NCBI GenBank assembly: GCA_964016885.1
Contig: OZ024759.1
Coordinates: forward strand, 12,028,001 to 12,092,000
Direction: 5' to 3'
Source of the DNA: Eledone cirrhosa
Taxonomy: Eukaryota
Length of the DNA: 64,000 nucleotides
Within the stretch, counting starts at the first letter, position 1, and every line of letters starts with the position of its first letter. Made by a program: the position numbers and the translations under genes. Below the pieces are notes generated by a model. The model was not told where the DNA came from. It worked only from the letters and a program-made list of their open reading frames with translations, and did no database searches. Of the stretch, positions 50,976 through 63,434 are shown in pieces.

Positions 50976-51358
50976 CGTAGGAGTTGCGTCGGCTTTTTAT
51001 CTCCTAATTCTTCCGCTATAAGGAGCTGGTGTAGGTGGTTTTGTTGCGACTCCGACGTCCTCCTGATTAGATTTACTTTGAATGTGTCGTATAACACAGA
51101 GCCAGGTGGTGCCAATACCAGGTGACAGACAACATTCATGATCTCTGGAGACAACGAACCAATGACGTGAGTTAGACGAGCTGCCTTACTAACAATCCAG
51201 TTCGATGCCAACTGATCTTCAATATGTGTGAACCATAGGACTGGGTTGTGTACCCAGAATGGTGGTATTTTTGATGTAATCGCTGCTTGAACTGCCATAT
51301 CTGTAGTGGACGAGTTGTCGTCCATTAGAGACATTGATGGTGTTGTGATGTTCTGCAA
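50972..51358 (-). pseudogene. Ty3/Gypsy gag N-terminal fragment, copy 3
   Basis: As copy 1; ends EELGDKKPTQLLR. Confidence 0.85.
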
Positions 51359-51839
51359 TGAAGCGAAGACTGTGATTCGTAAGCGTCAACAGTTGAAGTA
51401 AAACAATGACAGGAGCATAAATTTGTTCAATTAGAGAGAATTAATTGATTTAGAATCAACCGACTTTTAATAAACAGATGTCAAGCACTCAACAGTATAT
51501 GTTTGTCTGGAGTTTTGTTATAATAATTGTTTCTACATTTGACACAAGGCCAGCAATTATTCCAGTGTATTACTGGTACTTTATTTTATCGACCCCCGTA
51601 AGGATGAAAGGCAAAGTTAACCTCGGCGGGATTTGAACTCAGACCATAAAGGGCCGTAACTCTTTGCTGTAAAGCATAGCGTCAGACCCTCTACCGATAC
51701 TGCCAATCCACCGACCGAGTTTTGTTATAATAATAATAGATAAAAAATAATAATAATAAATAAAAAAGACAGTTACTTTAGTCCACCCCTATTAATATAC
51801 AGGGTGGGGCATAAAAACTGTTACAAAATAAAATGCAAA

Positions 51840-52858
51840 TCATCATCATCATCACTTTTTTACGTCCGTTCTTCCACGCTAGCATGGGTTAGACGGGTTG
51901 TCCTGTTGTGGGCAGTGTCTGGTCGGCTGACCATGCCTTGCTCATACGGGAACTGATTCTGGCTTGATTTCTACAGCTGGATGCCCTTCCTAACACCAAC
52001 CTCATTTACAGTGAGTGCTGGCTGCTTTTTTTCCATGGAACCTCCACGTCCACTTTACAGTGTGGGCTGGGTGCTTTTTTGCCGTGGCACCTCCACGACC
52101 ACTTTGCAGTGGGAGGGTGTGGGGGCATATTGTCTATATGTTTCAGCTTCGGCTTGTACCCGTGGGGGGTGGGGTATTCTGTATTACTGCGTGACGCCAG
52201 AGGTCATGGTCGTATGTTATCACCTTTGAGAGGTGTAATTGAGTAAAGTCGGCTTTTATCACCTCATCCCAGGTCTTCTTGGGTCTCCCCACTCCGCGGT
52301 TTCCATCGACTTCTAGTGCTCTACACCTTTTTATGCAGCTGTCATCCTTCATACGCATCACATGTCCATACCAACGCAACCTCCTCTCCTGCACACAGCA
52401 TTTGATTCCTCTTATGCTCAGTCTCTCTCTCAAATCATTTATGCTTTGCCGTTCGCGTATATTACTATTACACATCCATCAGAGCATGCAGGCTTCATTT
52501 TTTTCTAATCTACACAAGTCTTCCACCTTCAGTGCCCAGGTCTCACTACCATGTAACATTAGTGTTCATATACACGCATCATACAGTCTGCCTTTCATTT
52601 TGAGGGAAAAGCCTTTTGCAGCTAGCAGTGTCAGAAGCTCCCTGAACTTCTTCCATCCCGTTCTTACCCTAGTTATTGTACTTTCTGAACACCCACCTCC
52701 ACTGCTAATTCGGTCACCTAGGTAGCAGAAGGTATCTACTGTTTCTACAGAGCCCTCCCAGAGATTGGTGGTACTTGTTTCCTGTGGCTGTTTGTTGCTT
52801 GCTGTCCCAGCACAGCTGCTACATGTGAAGCCTACATTCTTAGTTAAGCTTCCTGAGA
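51840..52858 (-). pseudogene. 5'-truncated RTE-like LINE 3' end inserted in the maT element, copy 3
   Basis: Same as 44347-45362; it lies between the TIR and the transposase stop. Confidence 0.88.
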
Positions 52859-52957
52859 TCTTGAAATAGTTCTTGAAAAAAAAACATTTATTTCAAGATC
52901 TGACTTGATCTGACAACAAACAGGAAGTAATATACTATTAAACAACTGCACAAAAAT

Positions 52958-53984
52958 TTATTCGAAATGCTTTCCTCTAGCTCTCACTACTGCTTGAAGT
53001 CTTCTAGGAAAGTCTTCGATGGCTGCACAAACAGTTTCCATGGGTATTTTCTCCCATACTTTATTTAGTTTTGATTTTAGAGTTTCAATATTTTGGCTAG
53101 GAGTAGAGCAGGCTTCATTCTCAAGAATTGACCGTAAAGAAAAATCGAGAGAGTTGAGATCTGGTGATGTGGGAGGCCACTCTTCCTTACTGATCCATGC
53201 AGGACAATGGTCTCTACACCACTGTTGTGTTACGCTAGCAGTATGGCTCGTCGCTCCATCTTGTTGGAGAGTCCAAATGTCCTCACCATAAACAGATGTG
53301 CACCATGGCATCAGTGCTGCTTCCAAAATATCCTTTATGTAAAGTTCTTTGTTAATTTTAACTCCTTGAGGCACAAAAATCAGAGGAGTCTTGCCTCTTT
53401 CAGAAATGGCTGCCCAAACCATCACTGATGCTGGTTTCTGTGTTCTGAACACTTTTCCTACACTTGAAGGAATTGATTTGAGACTTTTTGCAAGTACTCG
53501 ATTATTTTGATGATTGTGAGACTGCTGCACAGTGAATAAATTCTCATCTGTAAAGATGATGTTTTGCAGCGTGCCATCCTTGATACGGTTGAATAACAGT
53601 TTACTTCTGGAGAGCCTCTTTTCAATTGTGGCTGCAGAAAGAAGCTGCCTCTTTTGGAACTTATAGGGTGACATCCCCAGATCATATCCTCCGCATAGTT
53701 CTCGGCGATATTTCTGCTTCTTCTGCCATTTTTCTCATGGACCTTCTTGGATTACGCCTTATTTTTTCACTCACACTTTTAATGAGTTTTGGTGATCTTG
53801 AGGTGCGAGGGCGTCCGGATCGAGGTCTGTCTTTGGTCGAGGAAGTTTCCTTAAATCGATCGATTGTCCTTTTGATCAACATTCTATTGATCTTAAGAAT
53901 TTTCACCAGTTTAAATATCTCGGGTGGAGTCAGGTCTTTTTCATGCTTCTCTATTATGAACTTTCTTTTCAATTCTATGGACAT
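52958..53984 (-). pseudogene. DD37D (maT-type) transposase, one frameshift near 53680
   Basis: N-terminal HTH region with RSGRPR, then FTDE, VMVWAAIS, QQDGATSH and WPPTSPDLNSLD. I count 37 residues between the D of QQDG and the D of NSLD. Confidence 0.92.
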
Positions 53985-54154
53985 TGCAAATTGTTAATGG
54001 CGTAATTTTCTGAAAAATAGTTAATATGGCTATAGTGCATGGATTTGATACAAATATATTGGTTATATTAGCAACATAATGTATTTTTAAATTGATTTAA
54101 AACTTTGTAACAGGAATTATGCCCCACCCCGTATATCTATATAATTCAGAGAGC

Positions 54155-54980
54155 TTATACCACTAAAGGTTTCTCTCTAAAAATGAAAGGCAGGCTGTAT
54201 GATGTCTGCATACGAACAGCAATGTTACATGGCAGTGAGACATGGGCATTGTGTGCAGAGGATCTGCGCAGACTGGAAAGGAACGAAGCATGCATGCTCC
54301 GTTGGATGTGTAATAGTAATATACGTGAACGGCAAAGCATAAATGAACTAAGTGAGAAATTAAGAATAAGAGGGATCAGATGCTGTTTACTTGAGAGAAG
54401 ACTACGTTGGTATGGCCACGTGATGCGCATGAACGACGACAGCTGTATAAAAAAGTGCAGGATTATCAAAATTGATGGAAGTTACGGAGTAGGCAGACCC
54501 AGAAAAACCTGGGACGATCTGATAAATTCCGACCTCACACACTTACACCTCTCCAAGACAATGTCACTGGACCGAGATCTTTGGCGCTACGCAGTAATAC
54601 AGAAAACCCGCCTTGCCTATGTACAAAGCAAAACCTACATTCAGTAGGCACCTCCTAACCAAATATACACCCCCATCCCACTACCCCCACCCTTCTATGT
54701 AAAGTTATGTTAGTACCACAACATCCAGTCCGAAACAAATGAGGCCGTGTAGGTGTCACGACAAAAAAACACACAGTCCATGGTGTAATGTGGCCGTGTA
54801 GGTAACACGGTAAAAACCTCCCAGTCCACACTGTAAATGTAGTTGATGTTAGGAAGGGCATCCAGCCGTAGAAAACCTGCCAGACAGTCCTATGCGAGCA
54901 AGACGACCAATCTTGCCTCAAGTGGGAAAATTCCCGTCTAAACCCATGCTAGCGTGGAAGATGGACATTAGATGATGATA
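54155..54980 (+). pseudogene. 5'-truncated RTE-like LINE 3' end (diverged relative of 51840-52858)
   Basis: KGRLYDVCIRTAMLHGSETW...RRLRWYGHV.R...GRPRKTW; 3' UTR with aggaagggcatccagccgtagaaa and a gatgatgat tail. Confidence 0.88.
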
Positions 54981-55191
54981 TAATACCAGGTCATTGTATA
55001 ATCATTTATAGTCCTTTTGAAACGACATTTAATCATATTTTCTTATATATATTTTTCCTCTTTAACAAAAATAACACTTTCAAAAATATATTCGTATCTC
55101 TGCGAAGTTTCATTAAAAAATATGTAATATTAAGAAATTTAAAAGGAAAAGCAGTCGGGCCACTAAAGCAATGTTATGCCATCAATATATA

Positions 55192-55365
55192 TTTGTCTCT
55201 ACTTTTATCACAAGGCCAGCGATTATCTCAGTGCATTACTGGTACTTTATTTTATATACCTCGTAAGGATGAAAGGTAAAGTTGACCTCGGCGGGATTTG
55301 AACTCAGATCGTAAAGGGGTGTAACTCTATGCTTCAAAGCATGGTGTCCGACCTTCTACCGATTG
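55192..55365 (-). mobile_element. tRNA-derived SINE (61801 family)
   Basis: cacaaggccagc...tactggtactttattt...ggatgaaaggtaaagttgacctcggcgggatttgaactcag. Confidence 0.8.
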
Positions 55366-56434
55366 TAATAATATATTTTGTAATAATATATTTTGTAAAC
55401 AATTTCGTGGGTGGTAGTAAAATTTGACAGACTAAGCGATATAATACATTACAATGTCTCTTATATTATTATGGATTATTTTTTTTTAAAAAACCATTCT
55501 TTCATTTCATATGACTGATCTCCATGAAAGATAAAATGTGGAAAGAAAAACAGAAGAGAAAAAAGACTGTCGTTTGTCTAGCTTACTCTTTGTTGAACTT
55601 TTAGACTGAAGTTGAACCATTGTAGCAGACGATCGCTGAAAATATAGGCAACCTTAGGAGGAATCTCATCAGTTTTCTGTGAATTATTTTTGTGGCAACA
55701 TTCTTTCAGTACCTTCTACAAATCAATGTTATTGTTGCCATCGTGTTGTAATCAAAATTCACGGTGGCCATTTTTTTTTCAAAATTACCGCAAAATAATC
55801 AAGGGAGATAACTGTGTATATATTTCTGTATGTTTAACCAACCAATATTAATTGGAATATTCTTTAAAGGTTAACTTTGTCTTTCATCCTTACGGGGTCG
55901 ATAAAATAAAGTACCAGTAATGCACTGAGTAATTGCTGGCTTTGTGCCTAACGTAGAAACAATTAATTGGAATATTCTTCAAAGTAGATTGTAATAAAAG
56001 CTGAATTGCTAAAATGTATTAATAAAATAGTCTGAATTAAAATATATACATATATATTTAATAAAGGCAGTGAAATGACTTGTTAGGACGTCAGATAGAA
56101 TGCTTTGCAGTATTCGATCTGGCTATCTTTGCTCTCTCCAGGTTCTGGCTTCAAATCCCATCGAGGTCAACTTTGCCTTTCGTCTTTTCGAGGTCGGTAA
56201 AAAGAAAAAAAAGTAAATAGAACTAAGGGTAGTTTGGTATCAAAAGGGTTCAACAATCTTCATTGATATACATGGTATGGACCCTTAACTCACGAAGGAG
56301 TCGTAGAGGTGCCATATTGACATACAGCGTTTCATAAGGTATTTTAAAACCTGGTGGAACCCATCTCCAGGTCTGAATACAGCAGATTTCTTCCAAAGGA
56401 TAGAGAATGGAAGGCAGGAAGAAATATAGAGGAA

Positions 56435-56588
56435 GAATCGACCCCAGTACTGGTACTTTTTTTATCAACCCCGAATGGGTGAAAAGCAAAGTTGACCTCG
56501 GTGGAATTTGAACTGAGAGAGAAGAGAGCTGGAATACTGCAAAGCATTCTATCTGACTTTCTAACGATTCTGCCAATTCGCTGCCTCC
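56435..56588 (-). mobile_element. tRNA-derived SINE (related family); further remnants at 55870-55962 and 56065-56200 (+)
   Basis: atcgaccccagtactggtact...gcaaagttgacctcggtggaatttgaactgag...gattctgccaattcgctgcc. Confidence 0.7.
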
Positions 56589-56904
56589 TTATTGATATTT
56601 AAAAAAAAGAAAAAAGTTCTTAAATATAGAACTTATGAGATTATCAGGTGATAACCAGGCAAAGCTGCCATTGTTAGAGGATGTAATAGATTTGTGGTGT
56701 TTGTTCCAGCTGAGCACACTAGGAGTTTAAATCCCCCTGAGGTCGATTATATAATTTTCATCACTTTGGTGGGGGAGAGACAAGAGGATTAAATATAATA
56801 CAAGTCTAGAGCAGTGGATTGGTAGAGCATCAGACGAGATGCCTTGTGATATTTTTGTTCCAGTGTTTTGTGTCTTGAGTTCAAATCTCGCTGTAATCTA
56901 CTTG

Positions 56905-57215
56905 AGTGGTAGATTTAATGTCACCCAGTTTAACACTACCACCTGGTCCTTGAGTGGTAAATAATCTGTCACCCAATTTAATACCAGCTACCTGGTCCTT
57001 GGTTGGTAGACATAATCTGTCCCCCAGTTTAACACCACCTGGCCCTGGGGTTGTAGACATAATCTGTCACTCAGTTTAACACCACCTGGCCCTGGGGTGG
57101 TAGACATAATCTGTCACCCAGTTTAACACCACCTGGCCTTGGGGTGGTAGACATAATCTGTCACCCAGTTTAACACCACCACTTGGCCCTGGGGTGGTAG
57201 ACTTAATCTGTGACA
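56905..57215. repeat. 47-bp tandem repeat, about 6 degenerate copies
   Basis: aatctgtcacccagtttaacaccacctggccctggggtggtagacat at 57061, 57108 and onward. Confidence 0.9.
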
Positions 57216-57392
57216 CAGTTTCCCTAAAGTGCTTTAGCAGGGTCCACTTCTGTTACAAGTATTCAGAAATGGTTTCCTATATGTAGAATGTCCTTCCATT
57301 AGACTTAGAGGCCCTGAAAAGTGCTAGGGTCCCCGTCCCTTCTTTCCCTGAATTAACTGTAAAAAAGAAAATAATATAACATAAAAAATCAT

Positions 57393-57817
57393 CATTTCAT
57401 GTCCACTTTCTACATTGGCATGGGTTGGACAGGAAAATATGGTCTAACACAAGATATGTTGGTCACTGTCATTTCATGTCCACTTTCTACATTGGCATGG
57501 GTTGGACAGGAAAATATGGTCTAACACAAGATATGTTAGTCACTGTCATTTCATGTCCACTTTCTACATTGGCATGGGTTGGACAGGAAAATATGGTCTA
57601 ACACAAGATATGTTGGTCACTGTCATTTCATGTCCACTTTCTACATTGGCATGGGTTGGACAGGAAAATATGGTCTAACACAAGATATGTTAGTCACTGT
57701 CATTTCATGTCCACTTTCTCTACATTGGCATGGGTTGGACAGGAAAATATGGTCTAACACAAGATATGTTGGTCACTGTCATTTCATGTCCACTTTCTAC
57801 ACTGACATGGTTGGACT
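57393..57817. repeat. 77-bp tandem repeat, about 5.5 copies
   Basis: catttcatgtccactttctacattggcatgggttggacaggaaaatatggtctaacacaagatatgttggtcactgt at 57393, 57470 and onward. Confidence 0.95.
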
Positions 57818-57879
57818 ATCCAACAAAAGATGCACCCAAGCAACTAATCTTCTTCATTACATTGTATATTTAGTATGGT

Positions 57880-58430
57880 TTCTACAGCTGGATGTCCTAC
57901 CTAATGCCATTCACCTTACAGGAGGGAAGGTAATGGGTTCGTTTTTCATGGCACTAACATTACCATCTTACAGGGTGGACTGGGTGCATTTGCTCATTGT
58001 ACAAACACTGACACTTTACAAGGTGTACTGGGTGTATTTTATCATGGCACCAGCACTACCACATAACAGAGTGTACTGGGTGCATTTTATCAAGGTACCA
58101 GCATTACCATCTTACTAAATGGACTGGGTGTATTTTATTATGGTACCAGCACTAACTTTACAGTGTGTACTGCGTGCATTTTATCATCACACCAACACTA
58201 CAATATTACAGAGTGGACTGGGTGAATTTTATCATGATACCAACACTATCACTTTACAGAGTACAGGTGCATTTTATTGTGGTACCAACACTGGCATTTT
58301 ACAGGATCTATTGGGTGGATTTTATCATGGGACCAGCACTACTATCTTACTAGGTGCATGTTATCGTGGCACCAGCACAACCATATTACAGAGTGTATTG
58401 GATGCATTTTATAATGGCACCAACACTAGT
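57880..58430 (-). repeat. RTE/SINE 3'-UTR remnant expanded into a degenerate 45-50-bp array
   Basis: tttctacagctggatgtcct followed by repeated ttacagagtggactgggtgcattttatcatggcaccagcacta, similar to the short repeats at 44510-44620. Confidence 0.7.
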
Positions 58431-59319
58431 GACACTATCCCATGCTAGGCCAGACTGTAGAGTCCTTTCAAACCTTAACAGAAATATGAAAAATGTCCAT
58501 ACCCTTTTTTTTGTTAAATTCTTACCAAATGGAATTGTAGGGGGTTGCTATCATGATAGCCATCTTAAACCTTGTGGAGCCCATCATTTTTTTCAGTTCT
58601 AACAACAGCAGATTTCTGCCACAGAGAAAGACAAAAAGAGGTTGACGAAGGATTCTTCTCTGACTTATTCCTGAGAGGGTTGTGAAGGAAGAATCCTCAG
58701 ACATGCCTTCCAGAGGATCCTCTCAGAAGCAGCCATCATTTTTACCAAGTTTAACAACAGTAAATTTTTGGGATTGTTTTAACCCAATTTTACATTACTC
58801 TATATTTACTATTGTATTTTTGTGGTAAAGGCTTTATCTTACATACTTATCTCACATAATATGGAATCTATGAGATTTCGGTGTTATTTATTTTGAGAAC
58901 AATACCTTAATGTCAATATGAACAACCAGTTATGGCTGGTTTGAACAGAAAGAGTGAGAGAATTCTGGCCAGTTTAAATGCTAAAGGGTTAATATTTTGA
59001 GAGAAAAACACCAGCTTTCCCTGTTATGTCCCCCCCCCCCCCCGCGCCACACACACACACACACCACACACATATATCACCACTTTTTTTTCTTGTATAA
59101 ACAAAAAATATATTTACCAAATGGATTTGACAATTATTGCTTATTAGTGAACACAAGTAAACATTAAAGTTTTTTTTTTTTTATTTAAATAATAAAATGG
59201 ATGTAAGGTAATTATTTTATTACTATTACCGCCACCGAGAAGGGTGTAATAGTGATAATATAATAGATTTCTGATTTAGACACAAGGCCAACAATTTGGG
59301 GTGAGGGGGTACTTTGTTT

Positions 59320-62300
59320 TTCTTAGCAGAGCTATTCTGCTAGAGAGCAGGTCACAGGTGATGTATAGCAATACAGTCACCAGATATGATGGCTAGTTGC
59401 AACATAAGCGGGCAACTGCCGGACGAATAAGCAATCTTGGACCAACAACGGTAAACTACCAGGGTAGATGGAACAATGGTAGCTCCAAAGAAAACTCTCA
59501 CAACCCAGTGATGTAACTATAATGAGGTAAATAAAGGGCACCTCTAAATAGGCCTAGACTTTGCGGGTTTGACAAAGTACCAAATTGGTGACTGGTGCAA
59601 AGAAACTGCAATATGATGAGGAAAACAAAGAAAAACCATACCACACCATCTTTCATACAGGTTACCAAAGGACACGTCCAGGCCTTAAGTAGAAGGGCCT
59701 GTTCAAAAAATATATTGCACTCTCCATCTCATGCTGCAAAAACTAGTGATAGGCCTGCGACTTGTCCTGGGAGGTGTGGGATGGACACACAAAGTTTGCA
59801 TATCCAGAGATCCCAAAGTGGGTCAGGGAGGGAGCAAACCTTAACAGTTGGAACCTGGAACATCACAACCCTTACAGGTAAGGAGCAGGAACTAGTGGAG
59901 GAGGCTAGATGCTACCAGCTAGATATAGCAGGGGTTTCCTCAAGAAAGTTCTGATACTGTAGATTTGGATGGAGGATGGAAACTCCACTATTCAGGTATG
60001 GGGCCAGAAATTACAGCACAGGTGGGAGTGGGGACACTCACAAGGCCCTGTCTGTCAGAATGTGTTATAGACTGGATCCCATTAGGAGGGAGGATTTGCC
60101 TGTTGAAGCTTAGGCTGAAAGATAGGTCTCTGTGGGTGGTGCAAGTTTATACACCAAACAAGGTCCAAATACAGGTCCTTCCTTGATGAAGTCACTGCAG
60201 CATTAGATGTAGTTAAGACTGAGTCATATATCCTGATGGGAAACTTCAATACACATGTTGGCACTGATGACCTGACATGGTAAGGAGTGATAGGAAGGAA
60301 TGGTGACCCTGATCTGAATACAAATGGAGAGGCCTTGCTAGACTTCTGTTCTAGCAATGGACTCTCTATTATAAACACCTTTTTCCAGCACAGAGACATC
60401 CATAAATATACATGGTATAAGGGGAATCAGGGACAGAAATCAATAATTTTGTAATTGTCTTTGATCTCTTTGATTCTGTGCTGGATGTTCGTGTTAAGAG
60501 GGGGGCTGAGCTGTCAACCGATCACCATCTAGTTATCTGCAACTTGAGACTAAAGCCAAAGGAGCCCACAAAACTGGCAGGTCCAGGGTGACCTAGAGGA
60601 TAAAGTGGGACGCATTGGTAGATAAGGAAGTCAGGGTCAGGTATGTAGATACTATTGCATCCAAATTCAGGATGTTGAGGCAGTGGAGATTGTTCAGGTC
60701 AGCAGTTTCTGCTTCAGTTGTTTAAATCTGCAAACAAAAGAGGCTTGGTGTGGCGCCGAATGACAGGAAGACTCCTTGGTTCAATCAAGAGGCCAAAGAT
60801 GCCATCCGAGCAAAGATGGAGGCTTGGAAATAAGTCCTCCTTCTTGCACTTGCTGTACAAGCAGGCATGAAGAATCACAGCAGAGACAGTAAAGGTGTCC
60901 AAAGTTAAGACATGAGGTTAAGCTGGAATCCAACTTCAAATCAGCAAATAATATGTACTGGCAGACCATCTGCAGACTTCATAATAAGAAGCCCTCCTCC
61001 ACACCTACTATCAAGAACATGTCTGGGGTTCACCTCTCTCCAGAGAGGTGCACCCTCGTGCGGTGGACAGAATACTTTGCTGACCACCTAAACCCGATCA
61101 CAACAGCATCTTCTGATGTATATGAGGTGCATCTGGGAGCAGTGACTAATCTCTCAGAGACTGAGATCACAAGAGCAGTTAAAGAGCTCAAATCTGGCAA
61201 GGTCGCTGGGCAAGATGAAATATGGCCTGAGATGTTAAAAGCCTTAAATAGAGAAAGTATTCTCTGGCTGACTTGTGTGTGGCGGGTGGCCTGGATCTCT
61301 GGAAAGGCACCTAAGTAATGGCAATCGGGAGTGATAATCCCAATTATCAAAAAGGAAGACAAGAGAGATTGTTCCAATTACAGAGGGATCTCCTTGTTAA
61401 GTCTACCTGGTAAAGTCTATGCTAAGTGTCTGGCAAAGAGATGCTGGGAGATTGTCGAGTCCAAGCTAGCTGATGAACAATGTGGTTTTCTCCCCGGATG
61501 CAGCACAGGCGACCAAATATTCACACTGCGGCAGATATTTGAGAAATCATAGGAGAATTGCCAAGAAGTATATTCTTGTTTTGTTGACCTTGAGAAGGCA
61601 TATAACTGCATTCCTCGGGACCTGTTGTGCAGGAGTATGGGTATAGAATTGATGGTCAGATTCTTGCTGCCCTGATGTCTCTATATCAATGTATCTATGT
61701 TGGGATAAATGGTGTTAAATAGAAACCATTCAATGTGGTAGTTGAACTCTGCCAAGGGTGTGTACTGTCACCTCTCCTGTTCATTATTTACATGAACAGG
61801 TGGATTGGCAGTATCGGTAGAGAGTCGGACACCATGCTTTGAAGCATAGAGTTACGTCCCTTTATGATCTGAGTTCAAATCCCGCCGAGGTTAACTTTGC
61901 CTTTCATCCTTACGGGGTCGATAAAATAAAGTACCAGTAATGCACTGGGTAATTGCTGGCCTTGTGCCTAAAGTAGAAACAATTATTTACATGAACAGGT
62001 GGATTGGCAGTATCGGTAGAGAGTCGGACACCATGCTTTGAAGCATAGAGCTACGTCCCTTTATGATCTGAGTTCAAATCCCGCCGAGGTTCACTTTGCC
62101 TTTCATCCTTACGGGGTCGATAAAATAAGGTACCAGTAATGTACTGGGTAATTGCTGGCCTTGTGCCTAAAGTAGAAACAATTATTTACATGAACAGGAT
62201 TGACACAGCCTGACTAGAATACACAGCCAGGTTGGAAGTGGTATCATGACTGGCAGGTGTAGAATCAGTTGCCTGGAATTTGCAGACGACATGGTGTTAC

Positions 62301-63197
62301 TTAACTCAACAGAAGTTGATCTTTGACTTGCACTTGATAGGTTTGATGCCGAGTGCTGCATGGCTGGAATGAAAATCAATGCTGTGAAAACTGAGACACT
62401 CGTCCTCTCATGGAAGCCAGTACAGTGCACTCTACATGTGAATGGAGTTCCACTGAAGCAGGTAGAGAAGTTCAAGTATCTCGGGACCGTGTTCACGAGT
62501 AATGGAAGGCAGGAGGCTGAATTGCAGGAGTTGGTGCAGTAATGCGCCAGCTTCAGCATTCAGTAATCAGATGAAGGGGGGTAGGTGTAAAAACCAAACT
62601 CGCTATCTTCAATTCAGTTGTCGTGCCAACCCTTACCTATGGTCATGGATCTTGGGTAATGGCCGAAAGAATATGATTACAAATACAAGTGACCGAAAAG
62701 GGGTTCCTCCGAAGGGTCTTTGGAGTAACGTTACTCGATAAAGTGCGTAACTCCTCGGAGATCATAGAGTCACTTCAGGTAGAACAGTTACGTCTCCGAA
62801 TTGAGAGATCACAGCTCTGATACTATGGACATGAGGTTAGAATGTCTCAGGAAAGAATCACTGGGCAGATTTGTAGCTCAGAGATCAGAGAGTTACTCCA
62901 GGTAGAGCCGCTACTTCTCTGAATTGAGAGATCACAGCTCTGATACTATGGACATGTGGTTAGAATGTCTCAGGAAAGAATCACTGCACAGATTTTACAG
63001 GCAAAAAACCAACTGACAGGAGACTCAGGGGTAGACTCCGAGCAACATGGTTGGATAACATCCATGAGTTTGGTTGGTCATGCTAGGGGATCTAGCCGGA
63101 TCAGTTGGAGACGGTTGCTTCTGATAGAACCCGCTGGAGGGAGTGTTTGAGGACTCTGCCCCCACGACCCTTTCATGAGTAAGTGGATGAAGAAGAA
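59320..63197 (+). mobile_element. Apparently full-length, decayed RTE-clade (Expander/Rex3-like) LINE
   Basis: APE start TVGTWNITTL and STDH; RT motifs NYRGISLLSLPGKVY, QCGF, FVDLEKAY, LSPLLF, FADD and FKYLG; 3' ctgcccccacgaccc...(GAA)n. Candidate TSD gggtactttRttt at 59307-59319 and 63198-63210. Confidence 0.9.
61801..62180 (+). mobile_element. Tandem pair of 181-bp tRNA-derived SINEs inside the LINE RT
   Basis: SINEs at 61801-61981 and 62000-62180; the 18-bp target attatttacatgaacagg occurs at 61783, 61982 and 62181. Confidence 0.93.
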
Positions 63198-63329
63198 GGG
63201 TACTTTATTTCATATTATATTAAATTATATAGTAATAGTAAAAATAATAATTTTTAAGTTAGTTAATAAGTTTGGTTAGAATTCTGAAAAAGAAATTGTT
63301 GTTTCTCTAGTTTTGAATAAATATAGCCT

Positions 63330-63434
63330 TTAAGACTTGTCTTCTGTGGTCCTCTACCCCGAGAACTCCATAACACCCATCTTAAGACTTGTCTTCTGTG
63401 GTCCTCAACCCAAGAACTTCATCACACCCATCTT
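63330..63434. repeat. Short tandem duplication (about 53 bp x2)
   Basis: ttaagacttgtcttctgtggtcctc...agaact.cat.acacccatctt occurs twice. Confidence 0.85.

Larger units (their letters stand above)
51800..54131 (-). mobile_element. Tc1/mariner transposon, DD37D (maT) family, with a nested RTE fragment
   Basis: 28-bp TIRs cagggtggggcataaaaactgttacaaa (51800-51827) and its imperfect inverse at 54104-54131, with TA on both outer sides. Confidence 0.9.

Noticed and set aside
34316-51125. Long (VISPPQCSVRVHIK)n and (VNPNTTLWWAYHFD)n ORFs as zinc-finger or repeat proteins
   Set aside because: A 42-bp unit is a multiple of 3 and is open on both strands. The + frame is repeatedly broken by TAG variants, both frames by deletions, and the C/H spacing is not C2H2.
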